DNA of 64,000 nucleotides from Pseudogracilibacillus sp. (GCA_035301845.1 DATGTM010000081.1:10243-74242), one strand, 5' to 3'; shown: positions 29,020 to 39,944, counted from the stretch's first letter. Notes: generated by a model not told the origin, from the sequence alone. Program-made: numbers and translations.

Positions 29020-30069
29020 TTACAGTGTGATGAGCATATATACGAAATAGAGTGCCATTGCTGTTAATCCAACAGGAAATGCAAATCTGGCATATTCCAA
29101 GCTAGTAATTTTCAGCTTTCCTGCTGCGATTATATTAGGAATATTACCTGGAATCAGCATTCCGCCACTAATCATTAAGCCCATAAGAATAGCCTTAATA
29201 GTTGGCTCATGTCCATGCATGGAAGGTGATACCTCAGCAGCTGCCAACGTTGCGTTATCCAAAATAGCCGATAATATATTAATCCAATACAAGATTAACG
29301 GGCTTAGATCCAATAAGTATCGTTCAATAAATGGCTCAAATCCTGCTCCCAGAAATGTCAAAGCCATGACGAATAAATAAATTTTCAAACTACGGATGAT
29401 AATTTCCGGATAAGATTCAACCTCATCTTCTTCTGCCTTGTCATCATCACTCTTATTTGCTTCTAGAATCCGGATAGATTCTTCTTTCGATTTTACGAAG
29501 ACAGCAGACAAGATTCCGAATATAACTACACCCGGTACGACAGATGTACCTAGAAGTTTAAGCAAATAGAAAAATTCTTCATCTAATTTACTTACGACGA
29601 TAGAAGATAATGGCTCTCCTATTGGAGTAAGCACAGCACCTAAGCCGATTGCAAAACATGCTAAAATAACTAAACGGATTTCTGATTTTCGATCCAGCGG
29701 TAAAATAGCCACAATAGAAACTAAAATAATCGCTGCCACGATGGCCGTCACAATGCTCGAAATGAATCCAAGTATTATCACAAAAAGCGCAATAAATAAT
29801 CGATGCGGCATTGATTCGCTTATTTTTAACACAACTCGCGTAATAGGCTTTTTAAACCATCTAAATAAAAGTCCCGCAACAAGAACAGCAAGCGTAATAT
29901 TGATTGGATCCTTCAACGCTTCTTTCGTCAAGTCCCAATCGAGTACCTGACTCACTAAAACGGAAGCGACACCCATGATAAATAAAAAGATTTCTAAGTT
30001 TTTTTCAACCATTTTAGTAAATGGCAAAAATAACACGAGTAACAAAATAATAATTAACCCAATAATCAT
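29020..30069 (-). CDS. DUF1646 family membrane protein, paralog 2
   Basis: Same motifs as 14811-15824, with long identical peptide blocks. Confidence 0.88.
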   Translation of the reverse strand: MIIGLIIILLLVLFLPFTKMVEKNLEIFLFIMGVASVLVSQVLDWDLTKEALKDPINITLAVLVAGLLFRWFKKPITRVVLKISESMPHRLFIALFVIILGFISSIVTAIVAAIILVSIVAILPLDRKSEIRLVILACFAIGLGAVLTPIGEPLSSIVVSKLDEEFFYLLKLLGTSVVPGVVIFGILSAVFVKSKEESIRILEANKSDDDKAEEDEVESYPEIIIRSLKIYLFVMALTFLGAGFEPFIERYLLDLSPLILYWINILSAILDNATLAAAEVSPSMHGHEPTIKAILMGLMISGGMLIPGNIPNIIAAGKLKITSLEYARFAFPVGLTAMALYFVYMLITL

Positions 30070-30358
30070 AATGAATCCCCTTACATATGTATAGTTCTAT
30101 TTTCTATGAAATGGTATCTGCATTTACAGATAAGCAATAAAATTAGTATACCATATTTTTTTGATAAGAGGGAAAAGAAAACTATTTCTATAGCCAGGAA
30201 AGCTTCATTTTATAAAATATCCTTCTCCATTCTCTATATGACGACAAACCATCGAGTATTTTCTGCAGTTTTTTAATGACTTTGATTCCGAATACTTGCT
30301 TGTTATTTTATGATTGTATAGGATATAAATGCTATTCACACGAAAAGGAGATGTCAAA

Positions 30359-31267
30359 ATGTGGTTTATATTTTCTCTGCTGACAGCTTTCGCCTGGGGA
30401 GCTGCTAACTTATTTTATAAAAAAGGATCCAACACCGAAGATACATACAGTCATTTAAAAATTGTTACGATGGTTGGATTGGCAATGGGCGTTCATGCTG
30501 TTATATATATGGTTATTAAAGACATCAGCTTTGACCCTTTCCATATGATTCGCTACTTTCCGGTCTCCTTTATGTATATCCTGTCTATGACGCTTGGCTA
30601 TGTTGGATTACGTTATATTGAGTTGTCCATAGCAGCCCCTGTACAAAATTCATCCGGTGCTGCTTCCGCTATTCTTTTATTTATTTTCTTCCCGAGAGAA
30701 ATGGGGCTGGTTGATATTTCAGGAATTATCATCGTGACGATTGGCGTTATTGGCTTAGCTATTTTTGAAAAGCAGCAAGAGTCATTTGTCTTGAAACAGG
30801 GAAATAATCTTATTCCTAAAAAGTATCAATTAAGTGTGCTTGCCATCACCTTCCCTATCTTATACGCACTCATTGATGGGTTAGGAACATTTCTTGATGG
30901 TGTTTATTTAGACGAAATGGGATTCATTAGCGAAAATAATGCCCTTCTAGCATATGAATTCACTTTCTTTATCGGTGGGGTTTTATCTTATATGTATGTA
31001 CGCTTTATAAAAAAAGAGACCTTTCATATTTTCAAAGAAAGAGATAAAGGATTTGCTGCACTATTAGAAACAGGCGGTCAATTTTTCTATGTATTCGCTA
31101 TGGCTGGCAATGCCATTATTGCTGCACCTCTTATAGCAGCTCATGGTATTTTCTCTGTCATTTTATCGCGCATATTTTTAAAAGAAATCATGTCTAAAAG
31201 ACAATATTTGATGATTGTTATCGTCATGATTGGAATTATCATATTAGGTTTTACAGATGCTTCTTAA
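30359..31267 (+). CDS. EamA/DMT family transporter
   Basis: Ten TM helices with internal duplication, AWG...FYKKG, SVILSRIFLKE. Start after AGGAG. Confidence 0.85.
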   Translation: MWFIFSLLTAFAWGAANLFYKKGSNTEDTYSHLKIVTMVGLAMGVHAVIYMVIKDISFDPFHMIRYFPVSFMYILSMTLGYVGLRYIELSIAAPVQNSSGAASAILLFIFFPREMGLVDISGIIIVTIGVIGLAIFEKQQESFVLKQGNNLIPKKYQLSVLAITFPILYALIDGLGTFLDGVYLDEMGFISENNALLAYEFTFFIGGVLSYMYVRFIKKETFHIFKERDKGFAALLETGGQFFYVFAMAGNAIIAAPLIAAHGIFSVILSRIFLKEIMSKRQYLMIVIVMIGIIILGFTDAS

Positions 31268-31584
31268 AATCTACCTGAAGCATCATTGTTGTCGGGATGG
31301 TGTTGGTATTTCGTTAAATCAATTTTTCCTTGGATACCGAATTCAACCCCTTCCATCTCCAACAACTCCCTTTGCTCACTTCCCTTGTGAGAAACTTTCC
31401 CCTGCTGGTTGACGACACGGTGCCACGGTAATAGGTACTTCCGGCTTGAGGAATGCAATATCCAGGAAACTCCTCTTGCTCCTCTTTCTTTCCCAGCTAA
31501 ACGAGCAATTTGCCCATAAGTCATCACTTGTTTTTCCGGTATTGATTGAACTAATGTAATCACACGCTTGGTAAATTCATTCAC
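31264..31584 (-). CDS. Alkyltransferase-like (ATL) MGMT-family protein
   Basis: IP...V.TYGQIA..AG..R.AR.V; PWHRV with Trp replacing the catalytic Cys; Q..LL..EGV. Confidence 0.9.
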   Translation of the reverse strand: MNEFTKRVITLVQSIPEKQVMTYGQIARLAGKERGARGVSWILHSSSRKYLLPWHRVVNQQGKVSHKGSEQRELLEMEGVEFGIQGKIDLTKYQHHPDNNDASGRF

Positions 31585-31677
31585 AATTATCATTTCCCTT
31601 CTTTCATAGTCAACATGATTGAATAGTGCTTCATCTTCCGTTTATAATAGAGAGTACTACATGAAGCGGAGGTTTAC

Positions 31678-33402
31678 ATGAGATACATCCTTTCTAATTT
31701 GAAACCTTATCGTTTACAAGTTCTGCTCGCTTATATATTCACATTTACTGAAATAGCTGCAGAATTACTTTTTCCTTTTTTTCTGAGTATTATGATTAAC
31801 CAAGGTATTATACCTGAAGACACCTCTCTGCTTTATTTTTGGGGAAGCGTCATGTTAGGTACGACCATTCTTGCTTTCTTTTCAGGAATTATGAATTCGT
31901 ACTTTGCAGCGCATATTAGCACTGCGTTAGGACATGATATTCGTGAAAATTTATTTACTAAAATTCAGGAATTTTCCTTTGATATGTTAACACTTTATCC
32001 TGTTTCTATGATTGTAACGCGCTTCACCAACGATATCCGAGTCGTGCAAAACACAATTTTAATGGGGCTAAGAATTATGGTAAAGGCGCCCGTTATGGTC
32101 ATTGGCAGTGTGTTTATGTCCTTTATTATTAATTGGAAACTGTCTTTAATCTTTTTAGTTACTGTCCCAATCTTAATCTTATTTTTAGGATGGGTGCTAA
32201 AGATTGGCAGCCGTCTCTTTACACAAGTCCAAGAAAGAGTCGATACTGTCAACCGAGTCATTCAGGAAAATATTGGCGGTATGCGAATTATTAAAGCGTT
32301 TGTTAGGCGTGACTTTGAAGCTGATCGTTTTGATCAATCTAATCGGGATTTAGCAACAAAATCACAAACTGCTTTTCGTTTTGTCGAAGCATCTATGCCT
32401 GTTTTACTGTTATTTATGAATGCCAGCCTTTTATTTATTATTTGGGTAGGCAATAAGCAAGCTATTGCCGGAACAACCACTGTCGGTGATGTAGTCGCCA
32501 TTGTCAATTATGCGCTTAGAGCAGTTATGATGATTTCTATGTTCACGTTTATCTCCCTAGCTGTTTCTCGTGCAAAAGCTTCTGGAGAACGAATCAGTAT
32601 GATCATGCATGAAAAAACAATCCCTGTTGCACAGACATCTAATAACGCCAATCACATCCAACAAGGTTCATTACATTTTGATTCGGTGGACTTCTCATTT
32701 CCTAACAGCAGTCTGCCAATTTTACAGAACATTCAATTTCAATTACATCCAGAAGAGACTATCGCCATTATGGGGGCCACGGGTGCAGGAAAAACAACTT
32801 TGTTTCAATTAATTCCGCGGCTTTATTCTCCTGATGCAGGAACGATTTATATTGATGATACACCAATCCAACAATTCGATGTAAAAGCTTTGCGAGATGG
32901 GATTGGTTATGTTTCTCAAAATCCTCTCTTGTTTACAGGAAGTATTGCAGACAATATCCGTTTTGGCAAAGAAAAGGCCAGTCTTGATGAAGTGATTATT
33001 GCCGCTAAAACAGCTCAAATTCATGATTCGATTCTTGCTTTTCCAGATCAGTACGATTCGATTGTTGGTCAAAAGGGAGTTAATTTATCCGGAGGACAAA
33101 AACAACGGATTTCCATTGCCAGAGCTTTAGTACGGCATCCAAAGCTTCTTATGTTTGATGACTCTACAAGTGCTCTCGATGTTCAAACGGAATCTAAATT
33201 ATTAGATGCCTTAAAAGAATACAATGCTTCTACTTTAATTATTACACAAAAAATAAGCACTGCCCAGCGAGCGGACAGAATTTTGTTATTAGATAAGGGG
33301 AAAATAGAAGGTGTTGGAACACATGAAGAATTACTGCGAATATCGGCTTTATATCGACAAATTGTTTCTTCCCAATCTCAAGAGGAGGTAGGCCATGCCT
33401 AA
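31678..33402 (+). CDS. Heterodimeric ABC exporter subunit (YfiB-like, degenerate site)
   Basis: TMD plus NBD; [18 protein letters not shown](not DE)STSALD, Q in place of switch His. Confidence 0.92.
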   Translation: MRYILSNLKPYRLQVLLAYIFTFTEIAAELLFPFFLSIMINQGIIPEDTSLLYFWGSVMLGTTILAFFSGIMNSYFAAHISTALGHDIRENLFTKIQEFSFDMLTLYPVSMIVTRFTNDIRVVQNTILMGLRIMVKAPVMVIGSVFMSFIINWKLSLIFLVTVPILILFLGWVLKIGSRLFTQVQERVDTVNRVIQENIGGMRIIKAFVRRDFEADRFDQSNRDLATKSQTAFRFVEASMPVLLLFMNASLLFIIWVGNKQAIAGTTTVGDVVAIVNYALRAVMMISMFTFISLAVSRAKASGERISMIMHEKTIPVAQTSNNANHIQQGSLHFDSVDFSFPNSSLPILQNIQFQLHPEETIAIMGATGAGKTTLFQLIPRLYSPDAGTIYIDDTPIQQFDVKALRDGIGYVSQNPLLFTGSIADNIRFGKEKASLDEVIIAAKTAQIHDSILAFPDQYDSIVGQKGVNLSGGQKQRISIARALVRHPKLLMFDDSTSALDVQTESKLLDALKEYNASTLIITQKISTAQRADRILLLDKGKIEGVGTHEELLRISALYRQIVSSQSQEEVGHA

Positions 33403-35212
33403 TACACGTATAAAAGAACCTTTTCAATATAGACGAATACCTCTTGAAACATTACAAAACCATCAGAAAAAACGCGCTGAAGATACTTGGGGAACCGTTA
33501 AGCGATTAACCAAGTATCTCCTTCAATATAAATGGATGCTTGTCTTGATTATCAGTATGGTCATTCTTAGCTCAGCAATGGCTTTATTAGGCCCCTATTT
33601 GATTGGGATGGCGATTGATGACTTTATTGTCTCCAAAGAAACAGCAGGACTTTTACAGCTGATTGGCTGGCTCATTATCATTTATATTTTACATTCTGTT
33701 TCCATCTTTTTACAAAATTTTTGGATGGTCGGCGTCGCTCAAAAAACGGTATTTACTTTACGAAAAGAATTATTTGAACAATTTCACCAGCTTCCTATTT
33801 CATTTTTTGACAGCAGACAGCAAGGCGAACTGATGAGCCGCGTTACAAACGACATTGATAATATTAACAATACATTGAACGACTCAGTCATTCAAATTTT
33901 CACTAGTATTATTACATTAATCGGGACCGTTGGTGTTATGCTTTACTTAAGTCCTTTATTAACTTTAATTACGATGGTTATTATACCCCTTTTATTCATT
34001 GGGATGCGCTGGATTACGAAGCGGACCGGTCCTTTATACAAATTGCAGCAGGATGATTTAGGAGAATTGAATGGGTACGTCGAAGAAATTGTTTCCGGAC
34101 AATTGCTGGTGAAGACGTATTCTCAAGAAGAAAAAGTCATCCAAGAGTTCAAAGAGAAAAATGATCAATTACAATTATCTTTTTTCTGGGCACAAAATAT
34201 TGCCGGATTTATTCCTAAAGTAATGAATTCTTTGAACTTTCTCAGCTTTATGCTGATTGCTCTGTTTGGTGGGTTATTAGCGATAAAAGGTGTTATTACG
34301 GTGGGAGTTATTGTCATTTTCACTGAGTATGCACGACAATTCACTCGACCACTTAATGAATTATCGAATCAATTCAATATCTTATTATCTGCCGTTGCAG
34401 GAGGTGAACGTGTCTTCAATATTTTAGATGAAGAACAGGAAGAAGTAGATGAAACGAATGCGACAGTTCTCACTCACACCAATGGTCAGCTTAGCTTTCG
34501 ACATGTTTCCTTTGCTTATGGCGACAAGCCTGTCTTATTCGATCTTTCATTTCATGCTGAGCCAGGAGAAATGGTTGCTTTCGTCGGGCATACAGGAGCT
34601 GGTAAAACGACGATTGTCAATCTGATTTCGAGGTTCTATGAATATAACCAAGGGCATATTTTGCTTGATGGACACGAGCTTAATCAGATTACCCGGTCCA
34701 GTTTACGTTCTCATATTGCTTTTGTTTTACAAGATACTTTTTTATTTAAAGGAACGGTCCGAGAAAATATTCGTTATGGAAAATTATCTGCTTCAGACGA
34801 AGAGGTGATCCAAGCTTCTGAACGAGCAAATGCACACGAATTTATTGAACGGCTGCCGCACGGATATGATACGATGTTGGACCAGGATGGCAGCAGTATT
34901 AGCCAAGGACAAAAGCAGCTGCTTACTATTGCCAGGGCAATGATTAGCGAACCCTCCATTTTAATCTTGGACGAAGCAACCAGTAATATCGATACTATTA
35001 CAGAATTTCATATACAGGAAGGATTGCAACGTTTAATGGAAGGTAGAACAAGCTTTGTCATTGCTCATCGCTTAAACACTATTCAACGGGCAGATAAAAT
35101 AATTATGCTACAAAATGGACGCATTTTAGAAAAAGGAAATCACCAGACTTTAATGCGTAAGCAAGGAGCTTATTTTGAATTATACAGAGGTTTAGAAAAA
35201 GAAGAAACATAA
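33395..35212 (+). CDS. Heterodimeric ABC exporter subunit (YfiC-like)
   Basis: TMD plus NBD; GHTGAGKT, ISQGQKQ, LDEATS, IAHRL. Overlaps the upstream stop. Confidence 0.92.
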   Translation: MPNTRIKEPFQYRRIPLETLQNHQKKRAEDTWGTVKRLTKYLLQYKWMLVLIISMVILSSAMALLGPYLIGMAIDDFIVSKETAGLLQLIGWLIIIYILHSVSIFLQNFWMVGVAQKTVFTLRKELFEQFHQLPISFFDSRQQGELMSRVTNDIDNINNTLNDSVIQIFTSIITLIGTVGVMLYLSPLLTLITMVIIPLLFIGMRWITKRTGPLYKLQQDDLGELNGYVEEIVSGQLLVKTYSQEEKVIQEFKEKNDQLQLSFFWAQNIAGFIPKVMNSLNFLSFMLIALFGGLLAIKGVITVGVIVIFTEYARQFTRPLNELSNQFNILLSAVAGGERVFNILDEEQEEVDETNATVLTHTNGQLSFRHVSFAYGDKPVLFDLSFHAEPGEMVAFVGHTGAGKTTIVNLISRFYEYNQGHILLDGHELNQITRSSLRSHIAFVLQDTFLFKGTVRENIRYGKLSASDEEVIQASERANAHEFIERLPHGYDTMLDQDGSSISQGQKQLLTIARAMISEPSILILDEATSNIDTITEFHIQEGLQRLMEGRTSFVIAHRLNTIQRADKIIMLQNGRILEKGNHQTLMRKQGAYFELYRGLEKEET

Positions 35213-35228
35213 AATCAGGAGGATACAA

Positions 35229-35957
35229 ATGGCAAGAATTGGGACCATGACAACGAAAACAATTAAAAGCAACTATGTACAAGAAGAATTACAGATAAAA
35301 GTATTTTCACCGAAGCATTTCAATTCTCTTTACCCGAATCAAGTCTGCTATATGCAAGATGGTAATGACTATTTTCAGATGGGGCGAATTGCAACATTAA
35401 GTGATCAATTGCACAAAGAGGAGGTGCTTGTTAATACTACTTTTGTTGGCATCCATTATCGCGATCGACCTGATCGCCTGAAGAAATACCACCCTCATGG
35501 CGATCAGTTTGAAGCATACCAAAATTTCCTGCTCCAAGAAGTCGTACCAGCCGTAGAAGAAATGGTGCCGCTTAATCCTTTAGGAACCTTCAACAGTTTA
35601 ATGGGAGATTCGCTTGCAGGAACATTTGCTTTTGTTACCGCCTTAAAATACCCTAAAACTTTTGGAAAAGTTGTGATGCAATCTCCGCTTGTAGATGAGA
35701 GTGTTTTTGACATGGTAAAACAATATACGCGTAATCTTACCCTTTTAGAAATGTACCATTCTATCGGAGGACAAGAGACAGCAGTACGAACAAGTCTTGG
35801 AGAAGAATTAGATTTCGTCAAGCCTAATAAACAACTTGCAGAAATGATTCAGAAAGAAACAACTAACTACATCTATCATATTATAAACGAAGGGAATCAT
35901 ACTTGGAAACATTGGCAAAAAGAAATGCCTGATGTACTGGAGAATATGTTTAGTTAA
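35229..35957 (+). CDS. yjcH: Alpha/beta hydrolase (esterase) YjcH
   Basis: QDG.DYFQ.GRI, GDSLAG nucleophile elbow, G.HTW..W; synteny with yjcG and yjcF. Confidence 0.85.
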   Translation: MARIGTMTTKTIKSNYVQEELQIKVFSPKHFNSLYPNQVCYMQDGNDYFQMGRIATLSDQLHKEEVLVNTTFVGIHYRDRPDRLKKYHPHGDQFEAYQNFLLQEVVPAVEEMVPLNPLGTFNSLMGDSLAGTFAFVTALKYPKTFGKVVMQSPLVDESVFDMVKQYTRNLTLLEMYHSIGGQETAVRTSLGEELDFVKPNKQLAEMIQKETTNYIYHIINEGNHTWKHWQKEMPDVLENMFS

Positions 35958-36071
35958 AGAGCTATCTTCAGTTCGCCCTTTTTAATTCAGACTTTTTTTG
36001 CTATACTGAAAGTTACCATTACTTTTTTTGAATAACTGAGAGTAAATAAAAATAATCGGAGGTATTTGCAA

Positions 36072-36581
36072 ATGAGATATGGAATTGTAATATTCCCATC
36101 GAAACATGTTCAAGATGAAGCGAACGCACTTCGAAAGCGTTACGATCCGCGCTATTCGCTTATCCCACCTCATATTACGCTAAAGGAAGCGTTTGATATG
36201 GATGAAAAAGAACGAGATAAAGTAACGGATGAACTGCGCAAAATCGCAAAAGAAACGAAACCTGTTCAGATTAATATCAACAAAGTCAGCACGTTTGCAC
36301 CTATTACCAACACCGTTTATTTTAAAGTGGAACAAACGGATGAATTAAAGGCTTTACATGAGAAAATGCATAAAGAGCCATTTCCGGTCGAGCGTGATTA
36401 TGCATTTGTACCTCATATTACAATAGCACAGGAATTAATGGAAGAAGAGTATTATGATGTGTTTGGCAGTCTACAGTTAAAGAAAGTTTCTTTAGAAGAT
36501 ACAGCAGATCGGATGCAATTATGTTATCAACTCGATAACGGGTCTTGGTCTGTATTTGAAACATTTGTATTTGAAGGATAA
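36072..36581 (+). CDS. yjcG: 2H phosphoesterase YjcG
   Basis: Two HxT motifs (PHITL, PHITI); MRYGIVIFPS...RKRYD. Confidence 0.92.
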   Translation: MRYGIVIFPSKHVQDEANALRKRYDPRYSLIPPHITLKEAFDMDEKERDKVTDELRKIAKETKPVQININKVSTFAPITNTVYFKVEQTDELKALHEKMHKEPFPVERDYAFVPHITIAQELMEEEYYDVFGSLQLKKVSLEDTADRMQLCYQLDNGSWSVFETFVFEG

Positions 36582-36604
36582 TGATAACGGACGAGGGAAG
36601 AAAA

Positions 36605-37036
36605 ATGAGTGTCTATGTAGCAAGTGAAGCAGAATTAAATACCGTATACGATATTCGAAAAAAAGTGTTTGTCGAAGAACAGCATGTTCCAATTGATATC
36701 GAAATAGACGCTTTAGAAAACGAAGCAGTCCATTTTATTTGTTACTATGAAGGCAATGCTGTCGGCGCAAGCCGTTTAAGGTTTGAGGATTCATATGGCA
36801 AGCTGGAACGTATCTGTGTACTAGAACCTTATCGCCGATTGTCTCTAGGGAAGAAAATCATTGAAAAAATGGAAGAAAAAATCAGAAACATGGGATATTC
36901 ATCCGCTAAACTTAGCGCTCAAACCCATGCTATAGCTTTTTATCAATCGCTGGGGTACCAAGTTGTCTCAGAAGAATACATGGATGCCGGAATTCCTCAC
37001 AAGACGATGATTAAACCCTTAATCGATGCCAAATGA
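36605..37036 (+). CDS. yjcF: GNAT acetyltransferase YjcF (ElaA-like)
   Basis: IR..VFV.EQ.VP...E.D, KLERICV, LSAQ.HA..FY..LGY, DAGIPH. Confidence 0.9.
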   Translation: MSVYVASEAELNTVYDIRKKVFVEEQHVPIDIEIDALENEAVHFICYYEGNAVGASRLRFEDSYGKLERICVLEPYRRLSLGKKIIEKMEEKIRNMGYSSAKLSAQTHAIAFYQSLGYQVVSEEYMDAGIPHKTMIKPLIDAK

Positions 37037-37632
37037 TTTTTATTCATCTGCATTAGTATGAATTAGCAAAAGCTTTTCGTGCGCTTCTATAGTACGAAAG
37101 CTTCTTTGCTTTTTAGAAGATTTAACATTCACCAATTTGTGAACGGATGGTCTTACTCGCATATACGAAAGAGAATAAACGATAGTATTCTCCTCAGCAA
37201 TATATACCACTTCTAAATGGATTCGCGTTCAAAGTGGAGTATTTTTAAATGTGAATATTCATATGCTGTAGTTTGAGTTGGTTGATAGGCATCTTGTCAT
37301 ACTGGATTGGTCTCCGTTTTTACTACCGAATATTTATTTTTTAAATAGGTTGCACAAAAAAAGTTCGTTTCGCTTGCCATTTCGCGTTTTATGTTTTGAA
37401 AAATGACACAAAGGTTTAGCCCTATACAAGACAGTTTCGCTGCTTGGTCACCGTCTTTTACTAGTATTACTATAAGCATATGCCGTTATAGGTAACATAT
37501 ATCTCTTCTACGCTCTCTCCTCTTATGCATTCTATTTCTCCTCATATATGTAAACGAATGGTAGTAATCATATAGTTGATAACCAATGCCACAAACAGAA
37601 TTGATAAGCGCTTTATCTCTTGGAACTGTTTT

Positions 37633-37673
37633 AAAAAGCCTGCCGTTCTTTAATAGAACGGCAGGCTTTTTTA
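37633..37673 (-). terminator. Intrinsic terminator after mgtE
   Basis: AAGCCTGCCGTTCT / AGAACGGCAGGCTT inverted repeat with A and T tracts. Confidence 0.88.
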
Positions 37674-39029
37674 TCACATTAGTAATCCCATAAATGCGGT
37701 TGCTAAACCAAAGTAAATAATCACAGAAGTAATATCATTTAATGTTGTAATAAATGGCCCAGACGCAACAGCAGGGTCAATGTTTAATTTATCCATTACA
37801 ATAGGAATCAATGCACCTGACAAAGTCGCCACAGTGAGCGTTGCGAGAATAGCAATTCCAACTAAGATACCTAAAAAGATATTTCCTTTCCAAAAAAAGA
37901 TCATTAAAATAACAACAATTCCACAAACACCGCCGACAAACACTCCGGTTGTAATTTCTCGGAGCATAAACTTAAGATGTGCTTCTTTGCCATAATTCCC
38001 CATTGCTATTCCACGAACCGCAACAGCTAATGACTGGGTCCCCGCATTTCCAGCCATCCCAGCTATAAGTGGTATGAATATGGCAACGATTGGAACTTGT
38101 TCTAAAGTTTCTTCAAAACTGCCAATTAAACTTGCTGTGATCATTCCTAAAAATAATAAAATAATCAGCCAAGGAAGACGCATTTTGGCAGCCTGAAAAG
38201 GGCTGGTTGCTTTTAAGTCTATATCGGATACTGCTGCAAGTTTCGAATAGTCGTCAGTTGCCTCTTCTTCCATTACATCCAGAATATCGTCTACCGTAAT
38301 AATTCCTAGTAAATGTTGTTGGAAATCAACTACTGGTAAGGCAAGAAAATCATAATCACGCATCATTTTTGCCACTTCTTCCTGATCCATGCCAACTGGA
38401 ACAGAAACGACATTACTGCTCATAATTTCGCCCACAACTTCATCATCGTTTGCTACAATCAAATTTCTTAGGGATAGAACACCGGAAAGTTTTTTCTGCT
38501 CATCCAGTATATATGTATAATAAATAGTTTCCGCATCCGGTGCCATTTCTTTCATTTCCTGGAGAGTTGTTTTTTTTGTTTGATTTTCTATAAATGATAC
38601 ATATTCTGTCGTCATAATACTTCCGGCTGTTTTCTCTTCATAATGAAGCAGAGCTTTAATTTCATTGGCCGCTTCATGTTCCATAATCGTTAAAAAGCTG
38701 GCTACTTCGTCTTTGGTTAACTCTTGTAAAATATCTACTGCATCATCCACCGCCATTTCTGCTAAGATCATGCTGGCAAAGGTTGAATCCATTTCAGTAA
38801 TATATTTTTCAGTATGTTGTAAATCGATATTTTCCATGATGTCAGACATTTCTTTCGGAGACAAATAAGCATAGATTTGCATACGATTGTTATATTCCTG
38901 GTCCATAAAAAATACCGCTTGTTCGTAAGGGTGTAACGCAGAAAATTCATGTCGAAACACTTCTGTTTCTTCTGCTAATAAAGATTGTTCTAATAAATCG
39001 CTGCTAACTTTCTCTTCTGTTTCAGTCAT
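37674..39029 (-). CDS. mgtE: Magnesium transporter MgtE
   Basis: N domain, CBS pair (TAGSIMTTE, GIITVDD), RLPWL, PLIAGMAGNAGTQ, DPAVASGPFITT.ND. Confidence 0.96.
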   Translation of the reverse strand: MTETEEKVSSDLLEQSLLAEETEVFRHEFSALHPYEQAVFFMDQEYNNRMQIYAYLSPKEMSDIMENIDLQHTEKYITEMDSTFASMILAEMAVDDAVDILQELTKDEVASFLTIMEHEAANEIKALLHYEEKTAGSIMTTEYVSFIENQTKKTTLQEMKEMAPDAETIYYTYILDEQKKLSGVLSLRNLIVANDDEVVGEIMSSNVVSVPVGMDQEEVAKMMRDYDFLALPVVDFQQHLLGIITVDDILDVMEEEATDDYSKLAAVSDIDLKATSPFQAAKMRLPWLIILLFLGMITASLIGSFEETLEQVPIVAIFIPLIAGMAGNAGTQSLAVAVRGIAMGNYGKEAHLKFMLREITTGVFVGGVCGIVVILMIFFWKGNIFLGILVGIAILATLTVATLSGALIPIVMDKLNIDPAVASGPFITTLNDITSVIIYFGLATAFMGLLM

Positions 39030-39062
39030 ATTTTCACCTACTATGTTGATGGTCTGTTCCTT

Positions 39063-39941
39063 TCACGTTTTTAACAGACGATTCATGTCGTCAGGAATCT
39101 GCGATGTGATTTCTATCTCCTGCTTTGTGAAAGGATGGATGAAGTATAGTTTATGACAATGCAATGCCTGTCTATTTATTCGAGTCGTATCTCCTTTGTA
39201 TAAATCATCCCCAAGTAATGGGTTTCCTATATAAGCTAAATGTACCCGTATCTGGTGAGTACGTCCCGTTTCCAACTGTAATTGAATGTAACTATGTGTT
39301 CCATAACGGCCAAGAACCTTTCCATGAGTGACAGCCTCTTTTCCTTCCTCTGTCACTGTCCGTTCGATAATCGACGCTTCTTTTCTGCCAATTGGCTGAT
39401 TAATTGTGAATATATCTTGTTTGATTTCTTCCGTTACAATAGCTCGGTATGTTCTGTAAATTTCCTGTCGTTGTTGCATCGCACCCAAAAGAGAATGACA
39501 GTATTGATGTTTAGCGACTAAAACCAATCCAGAAGTATCCTTATCTAACCTTGTGACAATATGAATAGTGTAAGGAAGTAAATGTCTCTCATAGTAATAG
39601 AGCAAACGGTTAGCGATAGATTGCTTCGGCTGTTCTCTAGATGGAATCGTTGCAAGCCCACTTGGTTTATTGACGATTAATAAATCTTTATCTTCATACA
39701 CAATATCGAGAGCTGCTACTTCTTTTATCATATATGGGGCAATTTTTTCTTCTGGCAGTTGAACCATGAGCTTATCGCCTGCTTGTAATCTGTATCTCAC
39801 CGTTCGTGGAGAACCATTAACACAAATTTTTCCTTGCTCCGATTTTGCTTTAATAAGTAATCGTTTAGAGAACTGAGCTTCATGACGTAAAAATTCGCGA
39901 ATCATCATTCCTGCTTCTGCTTGTTTAATCGTCCAATGCAT
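39063..39941 (-). CDS. yjbO: RluA family pseudouridine synthase
   Basis: VNKP.G, RLDKDTSG, LETGRTHQIRVH, GD.LY, QALH; follows NAD kinase. Confidence 0.9.
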   Translation of the reverse strand: MHWTIKQAEAGMMIREFLRHEAQFSKRLLIKAKSEQGKICVNGSPRTVRYRLQAGDKLMVQLPEEKIAPYMIKEVAALDIVYEDKDLLIVNKPSGLATIPSREQPKQSIANRLLYYYERHLLPYTIHIVTRLDKDTSGLVLVAKHQYCHSLLGAMQQRQEIYRTYRAIVTEEIKQDIFTINQPIGRKEASIIERTVTEEGKEAVTHGKVLGRYGTHSYIQLQLETGRTHQIRVHLAYIGNPLLGDDLYKGDTTRINRQALHCHKLYFIHPFTKQEIEITSQIPDDMNRLLKT

Positions 39942-39944
39942 GAC

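Noticed and set aside
31264-31584. Active O6-methylguanine methyltransferase
   Set aside because: Has PWHRV rather than PCHRV, so there is no catalytic Cys; it is an ATL protein.
37297-37677. 60-aa and 63-aa minus-strand ORFs
   Set aside because: No convincing RBS; one starts inside the mgtE terminator; no recognisable protein features.
39029-39063. M-box riboswitch upstream of mgtE
   Set aside because: Only 33 bp separate yjbO and mgtE, too little for the element.
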